Shown: positions 33,997 through 45,742 of the stretch, one piece after another
How positions within the stretch are numbered: position 1 is the stretch's first letter
Layout: the number at the start of each line of letters is the position of its first letter
The notes under the pieces: generated by a model
The model's input: the letters and a program-made list of their open reading frames with translations, nothing else
Database searches by the model: none
Told to the model about the DNA's origin: nothing
Position numbers and translations under genes: made by a program
Source: an uncultured Chloroflexia bacterium
GTDB taxonomy: Bacteria; Chloroflexota; Limnocylindria; Limnocylindrales; CSP1-4
Assembly (NCBI GenBank): GCA_963727055.1
Contig: CAVSEN010000002.1
Coordinates: 864,199 to 928,198, forward strand
Direction of reading: 5' to 3'
DNA length: 64,000 bases

Positions 33997-36900
33997 GTGG
34001 CAGATGCTGGTGCTTCGATGACCGATGCGTCAAACGGTGGCGGCTCCCGCTTGAGCTCGGCTGAGCTGGCCCGGATCGACGCCTGGTGGCGCGCAGCCAA
34101 CTACCTCTCGGTCGGCCAGATCTACCTCCTCGACAACCCGCTCCTGCGCGAGCCGCTCCGCCCGGAGCACATCAAGCCGCGCCTGCTCGGCCACTGGGGC
34201 ACGACCCCTGGGCTGAACTTCCTCTATGCCCACTTCAGCCAGGCCGTCAAGGAGCGCGACCTCGACGCCATCTGGATCGTCGGACCGGGTCACGGCGGCC
34301 CGGCGGCCGTCGCCAACGCCTGGCTCGAGGGCACGACCAGCGAGCTCTACCCCGACCTCTCCCGGGACGAGGAGGGGATGCGCCGGCTGTTCCGCCAGTT
34401 CTCGTTCCCGGGCGGCATCGGCAGCCACGTCACGCCCGAGACGCCGGGCTCGATCCACGAGGGCGGCGAGCTCGGCTACGCCCTCGTCCACGCGTTCGGC
34501 GCGGCGTTCGACAACCCGGACCTGAAGGTCCTGTGCGTGATCGGCGACGGCGAGGCCGAGACCGGCCCGCTCGCGGCAAGCTGGCACTCGAACAAGTTCC
34601 TCAACCCGGCCCGCGACGGGGCGGTCCTGCCGATCCTCCACCTGAACGGCTACAAGATCGCCAACCCGACCGTGCTCGCCCGGATTCCCGAGGCCGAGCT
34701 GGTCGAGCTCCTGCGCGGCTACGGCTGGCGGCCGGTGATCGTGGCCGGCAGCGAGCCGGCCGAGATGCACCAGGCGATGGCCGCCGCGCTCGACGACGTC
34801 CTCGACGACATCGACCGGATCCAGCGGGCCGCCCGCTCCGGCGGCGACCCGAGCCGGCCGCGCTGGCCGATGATCGTGCTCCGGACACCGAAGGGCTGGA
34901 CCGGCCCGAAGGTCGTCGACGGGGTGAAGATCGAAGGCACGTTCCGGGCTCACCAGGTGCCCCTGGCCGAGGTCCGCACGAAGCCCGACCACCTGGCCCT
35001 GCTCGTCGCCTGGATGGAGAGCTATCGCCCGGCCGAGCTGTTCGACGGGGCCGGCGCGCCGCGTCCGGAGCTGCTCGACTTCCCGCCGGCCGGCGCCCGC
35101 CGGATCAGCGCCAACCCGCACGCCAACGGCGGGCTCCTCCTGCGGGACCTGTCGCTGCCGGACTTCCGGACATACGGCGTCGACGTCCCCCGGCCGGCGA
35201 CGACCTCATCCGAAGCGACCCGGGTCCTGGGCACGTTCCTGCGCGACGTGATCGTCCACAACCCCGACCACTTCCGGATCTTCGGGCCGGACGAGACGAT
35301 GTCGAACCGCCTGAACGCGGTCTTCGATGTGACCGATCGGCAGTGGCTGGCCGAGACCATCCCCGGCGACGATCACCTCGCGCCGGAGGGCCGGGTGATG
35401 GAGGTCCTCTCCGAGCACCTCTGCGAGGGCTGGCTGGAGGGCTACCTGCTGACCGGCCGGCACGGCCTGTTCAACTGCTACGAGGCGTTCACCCACATCG
35501 TCGATTCGATGTTCAACCAGCACGCCAAGTGGCTGAAGACGACCCGCGAGATTCCCTGGCGGCGGCCGATCGCCTCGCTCAACTACCTGCTGACCAGCCA
35601 CGTCTGGCGCCAGGACCAGAACGGCTTCTCGCACCAGGATCCGGGCTTCATCGACCACGTGGTGAACAAGAAGGCCGAGGTGATCCGGGTCTACCTGCCG
35701 CCCGACACGAACTGCCTGCTGTCGGTCGCCGACCACTGCCTGCGCAGTCGGAACTACGTCAACGTGATCGTCGCCGGCAAGCAGCCGGCCCTCAACTACC
35801 TGACCATGGACGAGGCCGTCCTGCACTGCACCCGGGGCATCGGGGTCTGGGACTGGGCAAGCAACGACGGCGACGAGCCGGACGTGGTCATGGCCTGCTG
35901 CGGCGACGTACCGACCCTCGAGACGCTGGCCGCGGTCGAGATCCTGCGCCGGGAGCTGCCCGACCTGCGGGTCAGGGTGGTCAACGTCGTCGACCTGATG
36001 CGCCTCGAGCCGAGCACCGAGCATCCCCACGGCCTGAGCGACCAGGAGTTCGACACGATCTTCACGACGGACCGGCCGGTGATCTTCGCCTACCACGGCT
36101 ACCCCTGGCTGATCCACCGGCTCGCCTACCGGCGCACGAACCACGACAACTTCCACGTCCGCGGCTACAAGGAGGAGGGCACCGTCACCACCCCCTTCGA
36201 CATGGCGATGCGCAACGACCTCGACCGCTTCCACCTGGTGATGGACGTGATCGACCGGGTGCCGACGCTCGGCTCGACCGCTGCCCGCCTGCGCCAGGAG
36301 ATGGTCGATGACCGGGTCACGGCCCGGGCCTACGCCCAGCGCACCGGCGAGGACCCCGCCGGAGATCAGCGCGTGGGTCTGGTCGGGAGGGAGCACGCCG
36401 GCTTGACGACGCTCGTCCTGAACGCGGGATCGAGCACCCTCAAGGCGAGCCTGGTCGAACGCGGGGCCGACCGGCCCGCCACGTTCGCGAGCGAGCCGTG
36501 GGTTGGTGGCCAGGGCAACGTCGACGCCGGGACCACCCTCGAGCAGCTCCTCGGCCGGCTGGACCTCGATCGGGTCACGGTCGGCGGAATTGGCCACCGG
36601 GTCGTCCATGGCGGCACCGTCTTCGACCGGCCGGCGATCATCGACGAGCGGGTCATCGCCGAGATCGACGCCCTCAGCCCGCTGGCGCCGCTCCACAACC
36701 CGATCGCCGTGGCCACGATCCGGGCCGCCCGCCGGCGCTTTCCCGCCGTCCGCCAGGTCGCCTGCTTCGACACGGCCTTCCATGCCCGGCTGCCGGCCAC
36801 GGCCCGCCGCGACCCGCTGCCCGACGACTGGTCGGCCTGGGGGATCCGGCGCTACGGCTTCCATGGCCTGTCGGTCGAGTGGTCGATGGACCGGGCGGCA

Positions 36901-37506
36901 CGCCTGCTCCACCGCCCCGTCCGGGAGCTGCGCCTCGTCGTCGCCCACCTCGGGGCGGGCTGCTCGGCGACGGCCGTCGACCGGGGCCGCTCGGCCTGGA
37001 CGTCGATGGGCTTCACCCCGCTCGACGGGATGATGATGGCGACCCGGGCCGGCTCGATCGATCCGGGCATCCTCGTCCAGATCCTGCGCCATCGACGGCT
37101 CGACCTCGACGATCTCGAGGCGGCGCTCGAACACGGCTCGGGCCTCCTCGGCGTCGGCGGAACACCCGACATGGCGGCGCTCCTCGAGCGCGAGACGGCG
37201 GGTGATCCGGCGGCCCGCCTGGCGATCGCCATGTTCGTCGACCGGGCCGCGGCGGCGATCGCGGGGGCGATGACCCGCCTGCCGGCGGTCGACGCGATCG
37301 TCCTGACCGGCGGGATCGGCGAGCACGCCGGGTCGATCCGGGCCCGGATCTGCCGCCGGCTACGGGTCGTCGGCGTGCCGCCGGTCGCCGCCCGGTCGAT
37401 CGCCCGCGACGCGGTCATCGGCGGGCGGGGCGGCCCGCTGGCGGTGCTGAGGATCGAAGCCCGCGAGGACATCGTGATCTCGCAGGTCGTCGAGGGCCTC
37501 GCCTGA
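33997..37506 (+). CDS. xfp-ackA: phosphoketolase (aa 1-~790) and acetate kinase (from codon 803) in a single 1169-aa ORF
   Basis: Xfp: [35 protein letters not shown]. AckA: [16 protein letters not shown]... The canonical Xfp C-terminus [16 protein letters not shown] lies in the +1 frame from 36356. Its TGA (36404-36406) overlaps an RBS-preceded TTG at 36403 that would start ackA. See findings. Confidence 0.85.
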   Translation: MADAGASMTDASNGGGSRLSSAELARIDAWWRAANYLSVGQIYLLDNPLLREPLRPEHIKPRLLGHWGTTPGLNFLYAHFSQAVKERDLDAIWIVGPGHGGPAAVANAWLEGTTSELYPDLSRDEEGMRRLFRQFSFPGGIGSHVTPETPGSIHEGGELGYALVHAFGAAFDNPDLKVLCVIGDGEAETGPLAASWHSNKFLNPARDGAVLPILHLNGYKIANPTVLARIPEAELVELLRGYGWRPVIVAGSEPAEMHQAMAAALDDVLDDIDRIQRAARSGGDPSRPRWPMIVLRTPKGWTGPKVVDGVKIEGTFRAHQVPLAEVRTKPDHLALLVAWMESYRPAELFDGAGAPRPELLDFPPAGARRISANPHANGGLLLRDLSLPDFRTYGVDVPRPATTSSEATRVLGTFLRDVIVHNPDHFRIFGPDETMSNRLNAVFDVTDRQWLAETIPGDDHLAPEGRVMEVLSEHLCEGWLEGYLLTGRHGLFNCYEAFTHIVDSMFNQHAKWLKTTREIPWRRPIASLNYLLTSHVWRQDQNGFSHQDPGFIDHVVNKKAEVIRVYLPPDTNCLLSVADHCLRSRNYVNVIVAGKQPALNYLTMDEAVLHCTRGIGVWDWASNDGDEPDVVMACCGDVPTLETLAAVEILRRELPDLRVRVVNVVDLMRLEPSTEHPHGLSDQEFDTIFTTDRPVIFAYHGYPWLIHRLAYRRTNHDNFHVRGYKEEGTVTTPFDMAMRNDLDRFHLVMDVIDRVPTLGSTAARLRQEMVDDRVTARAYAQRTGEDPAGDQRVGLVGREHAGLTTLVLNAGSSTLKASLVERGADRPATFASEPWVGGQGNVDAGTTLEQLLGRLDLDRVTVGGIGHRVVHGGTVFDRPAIIDERVIAEIDALSPLAPLHNPIAVATIRAARRRFPAVRQVACFDTAFHARLPATARRDPLPDDWSAWGIRRYGFHGLSVEWSMDRAARLLHRPVRELRLVVAHLGAGCSATAVDRGRSAWTSMGFTPLDGMMMATRAGSIDPGILVQILRHRRLDLDDLEAALEHGSGLLGVGGTPDMAALLERETAGDPAARLAIAMFVDRAAAAIAGAMTRLPAVDAIVLTGGIGEHAGSIRARICRRLRVVGVPPVAARSIARDAVIGGRGGPLAVLRIEAREDIVISQVVEGLA

Positions 37507-37528
37507 CACCGGCCTGACGCCCGCCCCT

Positions 37529-37888
37529 TTACGGTTCGACGGCGTTCCCCGGGCCCGGCGGGACGAGCACGAAGTGGCTGTCGTGGCGTCCCTCGAGCGA
37601 GAACGAATCGCCCGATCCGGGCGACAGGTCGATCACGAGCTGGGGCTGGTTCCAGCGCTGGTACAGCTCCGTGTCGGCGTAGAACTGTGCACCGCCGATC
37701 TCGCCCAGCAGGCGGTCGGCGGCGGAAACGGGGAGCTCGCCCGTGCGGGCACACAGAGGCGAGCTCCCGTCGCAACATCCCCCCGAGAGCAGGAACCGCA
37801 GCGGTCCGTGCTCGGCCGTCAGCCGCTCGATCATCTCGAGGGCCGCCGGCGTCGCCCGGACCCGGTGCTCCTGCCGGGAGGATTCCAT
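37529..37888 (-). CDS. DUF779 domain protein (aldehyde dehydrogenase-associated)
   Basis: RVRATPAALEMIERLTAEHGPLRFLLSGGCCDGSSPLC.. and its position immediately downstream of an aldehyde dehydrogenase gene. Confidence 0.8.
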   Translation of the reverse strand: MESSRQEHRVRATPAALEMIERLTAEHGPLRFLLSGGCCDGSSPLCARTGELPVSAADRLLGEIGGAQFYADTELYQRWNQPQLVIDLSPGSGDSFSLEGRHDSHFVLVPPGPGNAVEP

Positions 37889-37917
37889 GACTCGGGCCGA
37901 ACCCGACTGCCGGAGGT

Positions 37918-39459
37918 CTAGAAGAAGCCCAGCGGCTTGGGGCTGTAGCTGACGAGCAGGTTCTTGGTCTGGGTGTAGTGGTCGAGCATCATCTTGTGGG
38001 TCTCACGACCAACGCCCGATGCCTTGTAGCCACCGAACGCGGCCCCGGCCGGATAGAGGTGATAGCAGTTCGTCCAGACCCGGCCGGCCTTGATCGCCCG
38101 GCCCATCCGGTAGGCGAGCCCGCCATCCCTGCTCCACACGCCGGCGCCCAGGCCATACAGGGTGTCGTTCGCGATCTCGACGGCCTCGGCCTCGTCCTTG
38201 AACGTGGTCACCGCGAGAACAGGTCCGAAGATCTCCTCCTGGAAGATCCGCATCTTGTTCTGGCCCTTGAACACGGTCGGCTGGAAGTAGTAGCCAGCGG
38301 CCAGCTCGCCCTCGAGCACGTTGCGCTTGCCACCGATCAGCAGCTGCGCCCCTTCGGCCAGGCCGATCTGGACGTAGTTGGTGATCTTCTCGAGCTGGGC
38401 CGTGGAGACCTGGGCCCCGATCTGGGTCGTGATGTCAAGCGGGTTGCCCTGCTTGATCGCCGCGATGCGCTCGAGTGCCCGGGCCATGAACCGGTCGTAG
38501 ATCGACTCCTGGATCAGGGCCCGCGACGGGCAGGTGCAGACCTCGCCCTTGTTGAAGGCGTACAGCACGAGCCCTTCGATCGCCTTGTCCAGGAAGTCGT
38601 CATCGGCGGCCATGACGTCGTCGAAGAAGATGTTCGGGCTCTTGCCCCCGAGCTCGGTCGTGGACGGGATGATGTTCTGGGCGGCGTACTGCATGATCAG
38701 GCGGCCGGTCGCCGTCTCACCGGTGAACGCCACCTTGGCGATCCGCTTGCTCGAGGCGAGGGCCATCCCCACCTCGGCGCCCGGGCCGTTCACGACGTTG
38801 ATCACGCCGGGCGGAACGATCCCCTGGATCACTTCGGCCAGCTTGAGGATCGACCAGGGGGTCGGGCTGGCCGGCTTGACGACCGTGCAGTTGCCCCCGG
38901 CCAGGGCCGGCGCGATCTTCCAGGCCGCCATCAGGAGCGGGAAGTTGAACGGGATGATCTGGCCCACGACGCCGAGCGGCTCGCGGAAGTGGTAGGCGAT
39001 CGTGTCCTTGTCGATCTCGCCGATCGAGCCTTCCTCGGCCCGGATCGCACCGGCGAAGTAGCGGAAATGGTCGGAGGCCAGGGGAATGTCGGCAGCCAGC
39101 GTCTCGCGCACCGGCTTGCCGTTGTCCCAGCTCTCGGCAACCGCGAGCATCTCGGCGTTGGCGTCGATCGCGTCGGCGATCGCGTTGAGGACCTTCGCCC
39201 GCTCGGTCACCGATGTCTCGCCCCAGGCCGTCTTGGCGGCGTGAGCGGCGTCGAGGGCCAGCTCGACGTCCTCGGCCGTCGACCGCGGAACCTCGGTGAA
39301 TCCCTGCCCGGTGGCCGGGGTCAGGTCGACGGCATAGCGGCCCTGGACTGGCGCGACCCAGCTGCCGCCGATGAAGTTGTCGTAGCGCTCCTTGAGCGGG
39401 ACCGGACTGCCGGCAGCGCCGGGCGGCGCATACGCGAATTCCTTGGTGGCCATGGTCAT
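37918..39459 (-). CDS. NAD(P)-dependent aldehyde dehydrogenase
   Basis: The ATG at 39459 follows GAAGGAGG. ..[12 protein letters not shown]...[12 protein letters not shown]...[11 protein letters not shown]...[13 protein letters not shown] (catalytic Glu and Cys motifs). The track ORF start at 39621 is upstream read-through. Confidence 0.92.
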   Translation of the reverse strand: MTMATKEFAYAPPGAAGSPVPLKERYDNFIGGSWVAPVQGRYAVDLTPATGQGFTEVPRSTAEDVELALDAAHAAKTAWGETSVTERAKVLNAIADAIDANAEMLAVAESWDNGKPVRETLAADIPLASDHFRYFAGAIRAEEGSIGEIDKDTIAYHFREPLGVVGQIIPFNFPLLMAAWKIAPALAGGNCTVVKPASPTPWSILKLAEVIQGIVPPGVINVVNGPGAEVGMALASSKRIAKVAFTGETATGRLIMQYAAQNIIPSTTELGGKSPNIFFDDVMAADDDFLDKAIEGLVLYAFNKGEVCTCPSRALIQESIYDRFMARALERIAAIKQGNPLDITTQIGAQVSTAQLEKITNYVQIGLAEGAQLLIGGKRNVLEGELAAGYYFQPTVFKGQNKMRIFQEEIFGPVLAVTTFKDEAEAVEIANDTLYGLGAGVWSRDGGLAYRMGRAIKAGRVWTNCYHLYPAGAAFGGYKASGVGRETHKMMLDHYTQTKNLLVSYSPKPLGFF

Positions 39460-39717
39460 GCTGCCTTGCCTCCTTCGTCCCGAGGCGGGACCTCCTGAAC
39501 GCGCCGGGCTCGCTGACGCGGGCGAATCGGCGCTCGTGGAGCGCGCGTGGCGGTGCTGCCAGCCGGATCGGCCGATCGCCATGGCAGCGCTGCCTGAATC
39601 GTCGGCTGCGCCGCGGGCCATGACCAGTGCCAGAGGTCATCACTCAGCACCGGGGCTGCGCCACGGGCTACCCTTGTCCCCGATTCGGGGTCACCCGGTC
39701 GGTTTCGAGGTGGGTCG

Positions 39718-42223
39718 ATGACTGGCCAGCCCGCTCTGCCCGGCGACGCCGGCCTGACCGCCGCCGCGGCCGCCGAGCGCCTGCGAATCGACGGGCCGAA
39801 TGCGATCCAGGAGCACGGCGAGCGGTCGACTGCGGCGATCCTCGTGGGCCAGTTCGCGAGCCCGCTGGTCCTCCTGCTGCTGATCGCCTGCGCGGTCAGC
39901 GTCGTCGTCGGCGACAGCGTCGACGCCGGGATCATCCTGGTCATCGTCGTCCTGTCGGCCGGCCTGGGCTTCGTCCAGGAGGCGCGCTCGGAGACGGCCG
40001 TCAAGGCGCTCCGCGACCGGCTGGCCCTCCAGGCGAGCGCGATCCGCGACGGCGTGGCCCAGGACGTGCCGGTCAGCGGCCTGGTCGTGGGCGACCTCGT
40101 CGCCCTGGCGGCAGGCGACATCGTGCCGGCCGACGGTCGCCTGGTCAGCGCCAATCACCTGTACATCGACGAGTCGGCGATGAGCGGCGAGTCGGCGCCG
40201 GCCCCGAAGGTCAGCCCGGCGGCTCCGCCGGCCGCCGGCGACCTGCCGCCCGAGCAACGGGTCCTCTTCGGCACGAGCGTCGTCAGCGGCGAGGGCCGGG
40301 CGATCATCACCGCGACCGGGGCCCGGACGGCCTACGGCCAGATCGCCGGCCGGCTGATGGAGCGTCCGCCGAGCAACGACTTCGAGCGCGGCATTCGCAG
40401 CTTCGGCCTGCTGATCGCCCGGGTGATCCTGCTCCTCGTCGTGGGAGTGTTCGCGGCCGACATCGCGCTCCATCGGCCCCTCCTCGAATCGCTCCTGTTC
40501 GCCCTGGCCCTGGCCGTCGGCCTGACGCCCGAGCTGCTGCCCGCGATCGTCACGGTCAACCTCAGCCGGGGCGCCCGAGCGCTGGCCACGGCCGGCGTCC
40601 TGGTCAAGCGCCTGCCGGCGATCCAGAACCTCGGGAGCATGACCGTCCTGTGCACCGACAAGACCGGGACGCTGACCGAGGGCCGGCTGACCTTCGAGCG
40701 GACGACCCGGGCCGACGGCTCGGACGCGCCCGGCATCCTGGACCTGGCCTGGCTCAACAGCCAGTTCGAGACGGGCTTCCGCAATCCCCTCGACGCCGCG
40801 ATCCTGGCCGCCGGCCGGCCGCCGGCCGACCTCGGCAGCTACGCCAAGCTGGCGGAGCTGCCGTTCGACTTCGAGCGACGCTGCCTGAGCGTGCTCCTGC
40901 GCCAGCCGGACGGCAGCCAGCTGCTGATCTGCAAGGGGGCACCGGAGGAGGTCCTCGGCCACTCGACGAGCGTGGCCGGACCGGCGCTGAGCGGGCCCCT
41001 GGTGGCGGCCGACCACGACCGGATCCTGGACCTGATCGCCGCCAGCGCACAGGCGGGCGACCGGGCGATCGCCGTCGGAACGCGGCGGACCGGCCTGGCC
41101 GGGCAGCTCGACCGAAGCACCGAGGCCGAGCTGACGTTCGAGGGCCTGATCCTGTTCAGCGATCCACCCAAGGCCGACATCGCGGCGACCCTGGCCGACC
41201 TGCGTGACCTGCAGGTCGACCTGCGGGTGATCACCGGCGACAGTGACCTCGTCGCCCGGGCCGTGGCCGACAAGGTCGGGCTGGCCGTCGACGGCGTCCT
41301 GACCGGCGACCAGATGGCCGGCCTGAGCCATCCCGCGTTCGTAGCCCGCGCCCAGCGCACGACGATCTTCGCCCGGATCGAACCCCGACCAGAAGCTGCA
41401 CGTGATTCGCGCCCTCCAGGAGCGCGGCGCGGTCGTCGGCTATCTCGGCGACGGGATCAACGATGCGCCGCCGCTCCACGTCGCCGATGTCGGGATCAGC
41501 GTCGACAATGCGACCGACGTCGCCCGGGCGGCGGCCGACGTGATCCTCCTCCGACCGAGCCTGGCGGCGATCGCCCAGGGCGTGCGCGAGGGACGGCGGA
41601 CGTTCGCCAACACGCTCAAGTACATCCGGATGGGCACCAGCTCCAACTTCGGCAACATGCTGAGCATGGCCGGGGCGGCCGTCCTGCTGCCCTTCCTGCC
41701 GATGCTGCCCAGCCAGATCCTGCTCAACAACCTGATCTACGACGCCTCCCAGACGGCGATCCCGTCCGACTCGATCGACCCCGAAGAGCAGGTCCAGCCC
41801 TCCCGCTGGGACATCCGGGGGATCGAGCGGTTCATGATCGTGTTCGGGCCGATCTCGTCGATCTTCGACTACCTGACGTTCGGCCTGCTGCTCGTCGTCC
41901 TGGGGGCGAACGAGACCGCCTTCCACACCGGCTGGTTCATCGAATCGCTGGCGACCCAGGTCCTGGTGATCTTCGCCATCCGGACCCGGCGGCGGCCGTT
42001 CTGGAAGAGCCGGCCGAGCCGGCCGCTCATGCTCGCTGCCGTCGCCGCGGTCGCCGTGGCCGTCCTCCTGCCGCTCAGCCCGCTCGGTGGGCTGCTCGGC
42101 TTCAGCCCGCTGCCGCTCCTGTTCTGGATCGCGCTGCCGTGCCTCGTCGTGCTCTACCTGGCGATCGTCGAGGGCGCCAAGGAGTTCGTCTACCGGCTCA
42201 GCCAGGGCGCCCGGCGCAGCTGA
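39718..42223 (+). pseudogene. mgtA: Mg2+-importing P-type ATPase (MgtA family) with one frameshift at CCCC 41383-41386
   Basis: ..VLCTDKTGTLTEG.. (phosphorylation site), ..GDGINDAPPL.., and the MgtA-typical LPFLPMLPSQILLNNLIYD. ..TIFARIEP|DQKLHVIRALQERG continues in ORF 41402..42223 after one extra C. Confidence 0.8.
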
Positions 42224-42457
42224 TCGCCAGCCCAGCCACGGCCGATCGGCCCGGGTCGATCGGCTCCCCGGCGTGGGCCGCGCGGCACCCGAGGTCGGGC
42301 CGCCCGGCCCGTTCGCCGGGCCCACGGCCAGCCGTACGGTGAGGGCGCTGAAAGAAGGCCGGCAAGGTCCCGCTGGTTCGAACACGCACCAGCCATGCGC
42401 TTCGTGCTCGGGTGATCGGCCGGTCGGGCTAACCCCCGACTGCCCCGGGCACCTCTC

Positions 42458-42490
42458 GAGACGGCGGTGAGCGAAAGCTCCCGCCGTCTC
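42458..42490 (+). terminator. GC-rich hairpin downstream of mgtA (candidate intrinsic terminator, no U-tract)
   Basis: Perfect 10-bp stem GAGACGGCGG-(13 nt)-CCGCCGTCTC. Confidence 0.35.
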
Positions 42491-42616
42491 ACTCTGTGTC
42501 CGTCCGATGCCTAGCGGACCGATGCCCAGCGCCTGCTACGATCCAGCCGGGCCGACCGCCCGGCCGAGCGGCAGACGCCGGTCCACCTGCGGCGGGGAAT
42601 CCGGGAGGTAGCAGCC

Positions 42617-43090
42617 GTGACCGATTCCGTGACCGAGAGGATCAAGACCGAGATGGCCCAGGCGCGGACCGCGCCCCATCTCCACGTGCCCCGGCTCGTC
42701 CTCAGCCGCGACGTGGCCGGCGAACGGGTGCTCGACCGGATCGCCGACTTCGTCAACAAGCTGATCGGCTCGATGTACCTGTTCGTGGCGATCACGATCG
42801 GGATCGTCGTCTGGCTGTTCGCGGGCAATATCGTCGGCTTCGACAAGACGCCCTGGCCGCTCCTGCTGACCCTCCTCAACCTGCCCCAGCTGTCGATCAT
42901 GATCTCGCTCCAGGTGAGCGCCAACCGGGCCCAGCGGGCGAGCGACGCCCGCGCCCTGGCTGATCACGCGACCCTGGTTGCCCTCCACGAGCTGGCCAAG
43001 AAGCAGGTTCAGATCCTCGACGGCCAGAACAAGGTCCTCGAGATCCTGGAGCACGCGGTCGCCCCCACGGAGCCGCCCGCCCGGTCCTGA
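42617..43090 (+). CDS. DUF1003 domain membrane protein
   Basis: GTG after GGGAGG. ..DRIADFVNKLIGSMYLFVAITIGIVVWL...PWPLLLTLLNLPQLSIMISLQVSANRAQ. Confidence 0.8.
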   Translation: MTDSVTERIKTEMAQARTAPHLHVPRLVLSRDVAGERVLDRIADFVNKLIGSMYLFVAITIGIVVWLFAGNIVGFDKTPWPLLLTLLNLPQLSIMISLQVSANRAQRASDARALADHATLVALHELAKKQVQILDGQNKVLEILEHAVAPTEPPARS

Positions 43091-43103
43091 GCGGGGCCGG
43101 AGC

Positions 43104-43808
43104 TCAGGCCGGGGCGCCCGCCGTCGCGTCGTGCCACAGGCCCTCACCGATCGCCCACGCCTCGGGCTGGCTCACCCGGAGGCGACGCTCCTCGGCCTGC
43201 AGGAGCCGCCACAGGCCAGCCTGCTCCTCGCGCAGCGGTCCACTCGCCCGATACCGGGCCAGCCCGTCGACGACGAAGGCGGCGTAGCGCGCGAGCGGTT
43301 CGGCCCGGCTGACCCGGGCCTCGAAGCCGGGGACGTAGTCGACGGCCAGCAGGAACCGGCTGAAGAAGGCCCCGACGCTGTCGGCGCCCTCGTCCCAGCC
43401 CTGCGAGTGGCCGCCCCGCCGGAGGAGCGGCGCCGGCGAGGTGAAGACGGCGATCAGGGCTCCGTCGACCCGGTCGACCGCCAGCCGGCCGCCGAAGGCC
43501 AGATACGAGTTGGTCACCGCCAGCCGGTCGACGATCCGGATCAGGCCCCACGAGAACGCCGTGTCCAGGGGGACCGCACTGTGGCCAGTCAAGGTCCGGG
43601 CCGTGCCCCGGCCGTCGACGGTGATCCAGTAGTCGACGGCCTCGGGGTCGTAGTGGCTCAGGGTCGGCGCATCGCGAATCGCGACGAGCAGGTAGGCCGG
43701 CCCGGGCGGCTCGGGCGGTTCCGGGCTGGCCAGGAAGCCGAGATCGGCCAGGGCGGCCGCGGCCGAGGCCGGCTCGACCGGCGACGGGACGACCCGGTTG
43801 ACCGTCAT
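43104..43808 (-). CDS. hypothetical protein (no recognisable family)
   Basis: 234-aa ORF, translationally coupled (4-nt overlap) to the hemerythrin gene upstream. Coding-like composition. Confidence 0.6.
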   Translation of the reverse strand: MTVNRVVPSPVEPASAAAALADLGFLASPEPPEPPGPAYLLVAIRDAPTLSHYDPEAVDYWITVDGRGTARTLTGHSAVPLDTAFSWGLIRIVDRLAVTNSYLAFGGRLAVDRVDGALIAVFTSPAPLLRRGGHSQGWDEGADSVGAFFSRFLLAVDYVPGFEARVSRAEPLARYAAFVVDGLARYRASGPLREEQAGLWRLLQAEERRLRVSQPEAWAIGEGLWHDATAGAPA

Positions 43809-44293
43809 CGAGCGGTCGTCGGCGCAACCGGCTCGCTGCTGCCCGGCGTCTCCTCGAGCAGGGGCACGAGGAAGCGTTCCTCGCGCTCGAGGTGCGCCCG
43901 GAGGAGGGCTTCGAGGCTGAACAGGTGGCAGCGCAGGTCGGACTGGTGGTCGCCCGGCCGCTGGCCCGCCGGCAGCTCCTCGTCGGCCCGCAGGCGGTGG
44001 GCCATCGCCCGAATCTGCTGGTGGTCGAAACGCGCCGCCCGGGTGGCCCAGGTCGTGCCAATCCGGATCTCGATCGCCGGATAGAGCCAGGCCTCCTCCC
44101 AGCCGATGTGCGGCTCGAGGACGGAATCCAGCCAGCCCAGGACCTCGCTCACGTGGGCCGCGAGCTCGGGTGTGGGCTCGTGGCCGACGTCGCAGGCCAG
44201 CTCATGGATCCGGTTGAGGCCCCGGGCAAGGTCGCGGTGCTCATGCTCCTCGAAGGCCCACACGGCCTGCGCTCCACGTGCGTATGTGGTCAT
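43805..44293 (-). CDS. hemerythrin (HHE cation-binding) domain protein
   Basis: ..FEEHEHRDLARGLNRIHE...HIGWEEAWLYPAI...FDHQQIRAM...His/Glu ligand pattern. Start taken at the ATG at 44293. Confidence 0.75.
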   Translation of the reverse strand: MTTYARGAQAVWAFEEHEHRDLARGLNRIHELACDVGHEPTPELAAHVSEVLGWLDSVLEPHIGWEEAWLYPAIEIRIGTTWATRAARFDHQQIRAMAHRLRADEELPAGQRPGDHQSDLRCHLFSLEALLRAHLEREERFLVPLLEETPGSSEPVAPTTAR

Positions 44294-44315
44294 CCTCGAC
44301 CTTCCTTCCACTGGG

Positions 44316-45473
44316 TCAGACGCGACCCTTCGGCACGGTGTGCCAGTACGTCTTGTTGAAGACGATCTTGCCCAGGTGCCACAGATGGTTCGGCTTCGGC
44401 GGCCGGGGGGGATGAGCGTAGTCGAACTCGAGCAAGGTGCCCTTGCCGTCGCCGATCTCCAAGAAGCACATCGCCTTGCCGAGGTACTCGCCCCTGGCCA
44501 GGTCGACCGGCCGTCCTTCGAACGCCGCGGCGATCCGTTCGGTCACCACGGGTGCCTCGAAGTAGGCGGTCGAGCCGGCCTTCGAGAGGGGCAGGTCGGT
44601 CGCGTCGCCCAGGGCGTGGATCTCCGGCCGGCCACCGACCTCGAGCGTCGTCGCGTCCGTCGGCAGCCAGCCGCCGGGGGCCGGGGCGAGCCCCGAATCG
44701 ATCAGGAACTGCTGGCCCTTGTGGGGCGGGACGAGGACCAGGAGATCGTACGGCAGCTCCTCGCCCTCGAGGCTCTCGACCATCCGCCGGGCTGGATCGA
44801 TCGCCTCGACATTGAAGAGCGGATGGAGCTCGATCCCCTTCTCGGCCAGGATCGGGGTGACCATCTCGGACACGCTCTCGATCGGGAACGCCCGCCCGAT
44901 CGGCGAGCAGAAGTCGATCCTGCTCTGGTCGCGCAGGCCCCGCTCGCGCAGCTCGGCCTCGATCAGGAAGGCGACCTCGATCGGCGCCGGCGGGCACTTG
45001 TAGGGCAGCCCGGCGATGCCGATGATGATCCGCCCGCCTTCGAATCGGTCGAGCGCCGAGCGCAGCCTGACGGCGGCTTCGGCGGTATAGAAGTGGTGGG
45101 CCTCGGATTCGAAGTGCTCGATCGATTCGGGCACGATCCGCGAGCCCGTCGCCAGGACCAGCTGGTCGTAGCCGAGCGGCCGGCCGTCGACGAGGGTCAC
45201 GACCCGATGCTCGGGATCGACCCGGGCGACCTCGCCGGTCACCAGGCGAACGCGGTGGTCGAGCAGGGAGCGCTCCGGCCGGTGGAGGTTGGCCGCGCGC
45301 TCGCCGCCCAGGGCGATGGACATGAAGCCGGGCTGGTAGGTGTGCTGGCCGGTCGTATCGACCACGGTCAGTCCAACCTCACCCCGGTCGATCCGGGCGT
45401 GGAGCTTCCTGACCAGCAGGTTGGCGGTCAGCGTCCCGCCGACGCCGCCACCGAGGATCAGGATCCGGTCCAT
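44316..45473 (-). CDS. sqr: sulfide:quinone oxidoreductase-like FAD-dependent oxidoreductase
   Basis: The ATG at 45473. ILILGGGVGGTLTANLL (FAD fold), LVLATGS, GLPYKCPPAPIE (conserved Cys), HALGDAT. Confidence 0.8.
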   Translation of the reverse strand: MDRILILGGGVGGTLTANLLVRKLHARIDRGEVGLTVVDTTGQHTYQPGFMSIALGGERAANLHRPERSLLDHRVRLVTGEVARVDPEHRVVTLVDGRPLGYDQLVLATGSRIVPESIEHFESEAHHFYTAEAAVRLRSALDRFEGGRIIIGIAGLPYKCPPAPIEVAFLIEAELRERGLRDQSRIDFCSPIGRAFPIESVSEMVTPILAEKGIELHPLFNVEAIDPARRMVESLEGEELPYDLLVLVPPHKGQQFLIDSGLAPAPGGWLPTDATTLEVGGRPEIHALGDATDLPLSKAGSTAYFEAPVVTERIAAAFEGRPVDLARGEYLGKAMCFLEIGDGKGTLLEFDYAHPPRPPKPNHLWHLGKIVFNKTYWHTVPKGRV

Positions 45474-45481
45474 GCGCTGGT

Positions 45482-45727
45482 CTAGCGCTGCTTCTCGACG
45501 ATGATCGCGTCGTAGCCGTCGCGGGCCTCGAGCGACACCAGCCGGTGGCCAGCCTTCTCGATCCACTTCGGAATGTCGATCTTGCTGCCCGAGTCGGAGG
45601 AGTAGACGGCGATCACGTCGCCGACCTGCCCCTCGCGGATCGCCCGGATCAGCTCCATCAGGGGTTCCGGGCAGAAGGTTCCCCGAGCATCGATCGTGCG
45701 GCTGATGGTCAGTCTGGTCTCGGTCAT
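45482..45727 (-). CDS. tusA: TusA-family sulfurtransferase
   Basis: IDARGTFCPEPLMELIRAI (CPxP active-site motif), 81 aa. Confidence 0.85.
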   Translation of the reverse strand: MTETRLTISRTIDARGTFCPEPLMELIRAIREGQVGDVIAVYSSDSGSKIDIPKWIEKAGHRLVSLEARDGYDAIIVEKQR

Positions 45728-45742
45728 GGTGCTGGCGCCCTC

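Noticed and set aside
39460-39717. Mg2+ (M-box) riboswitch upstream of mgtA
   Set aside because: The 258-nt leader has hairpins, but I could not recognise M-box conserved segments by eye. It needs an Rfam scan and cannot be asserted.
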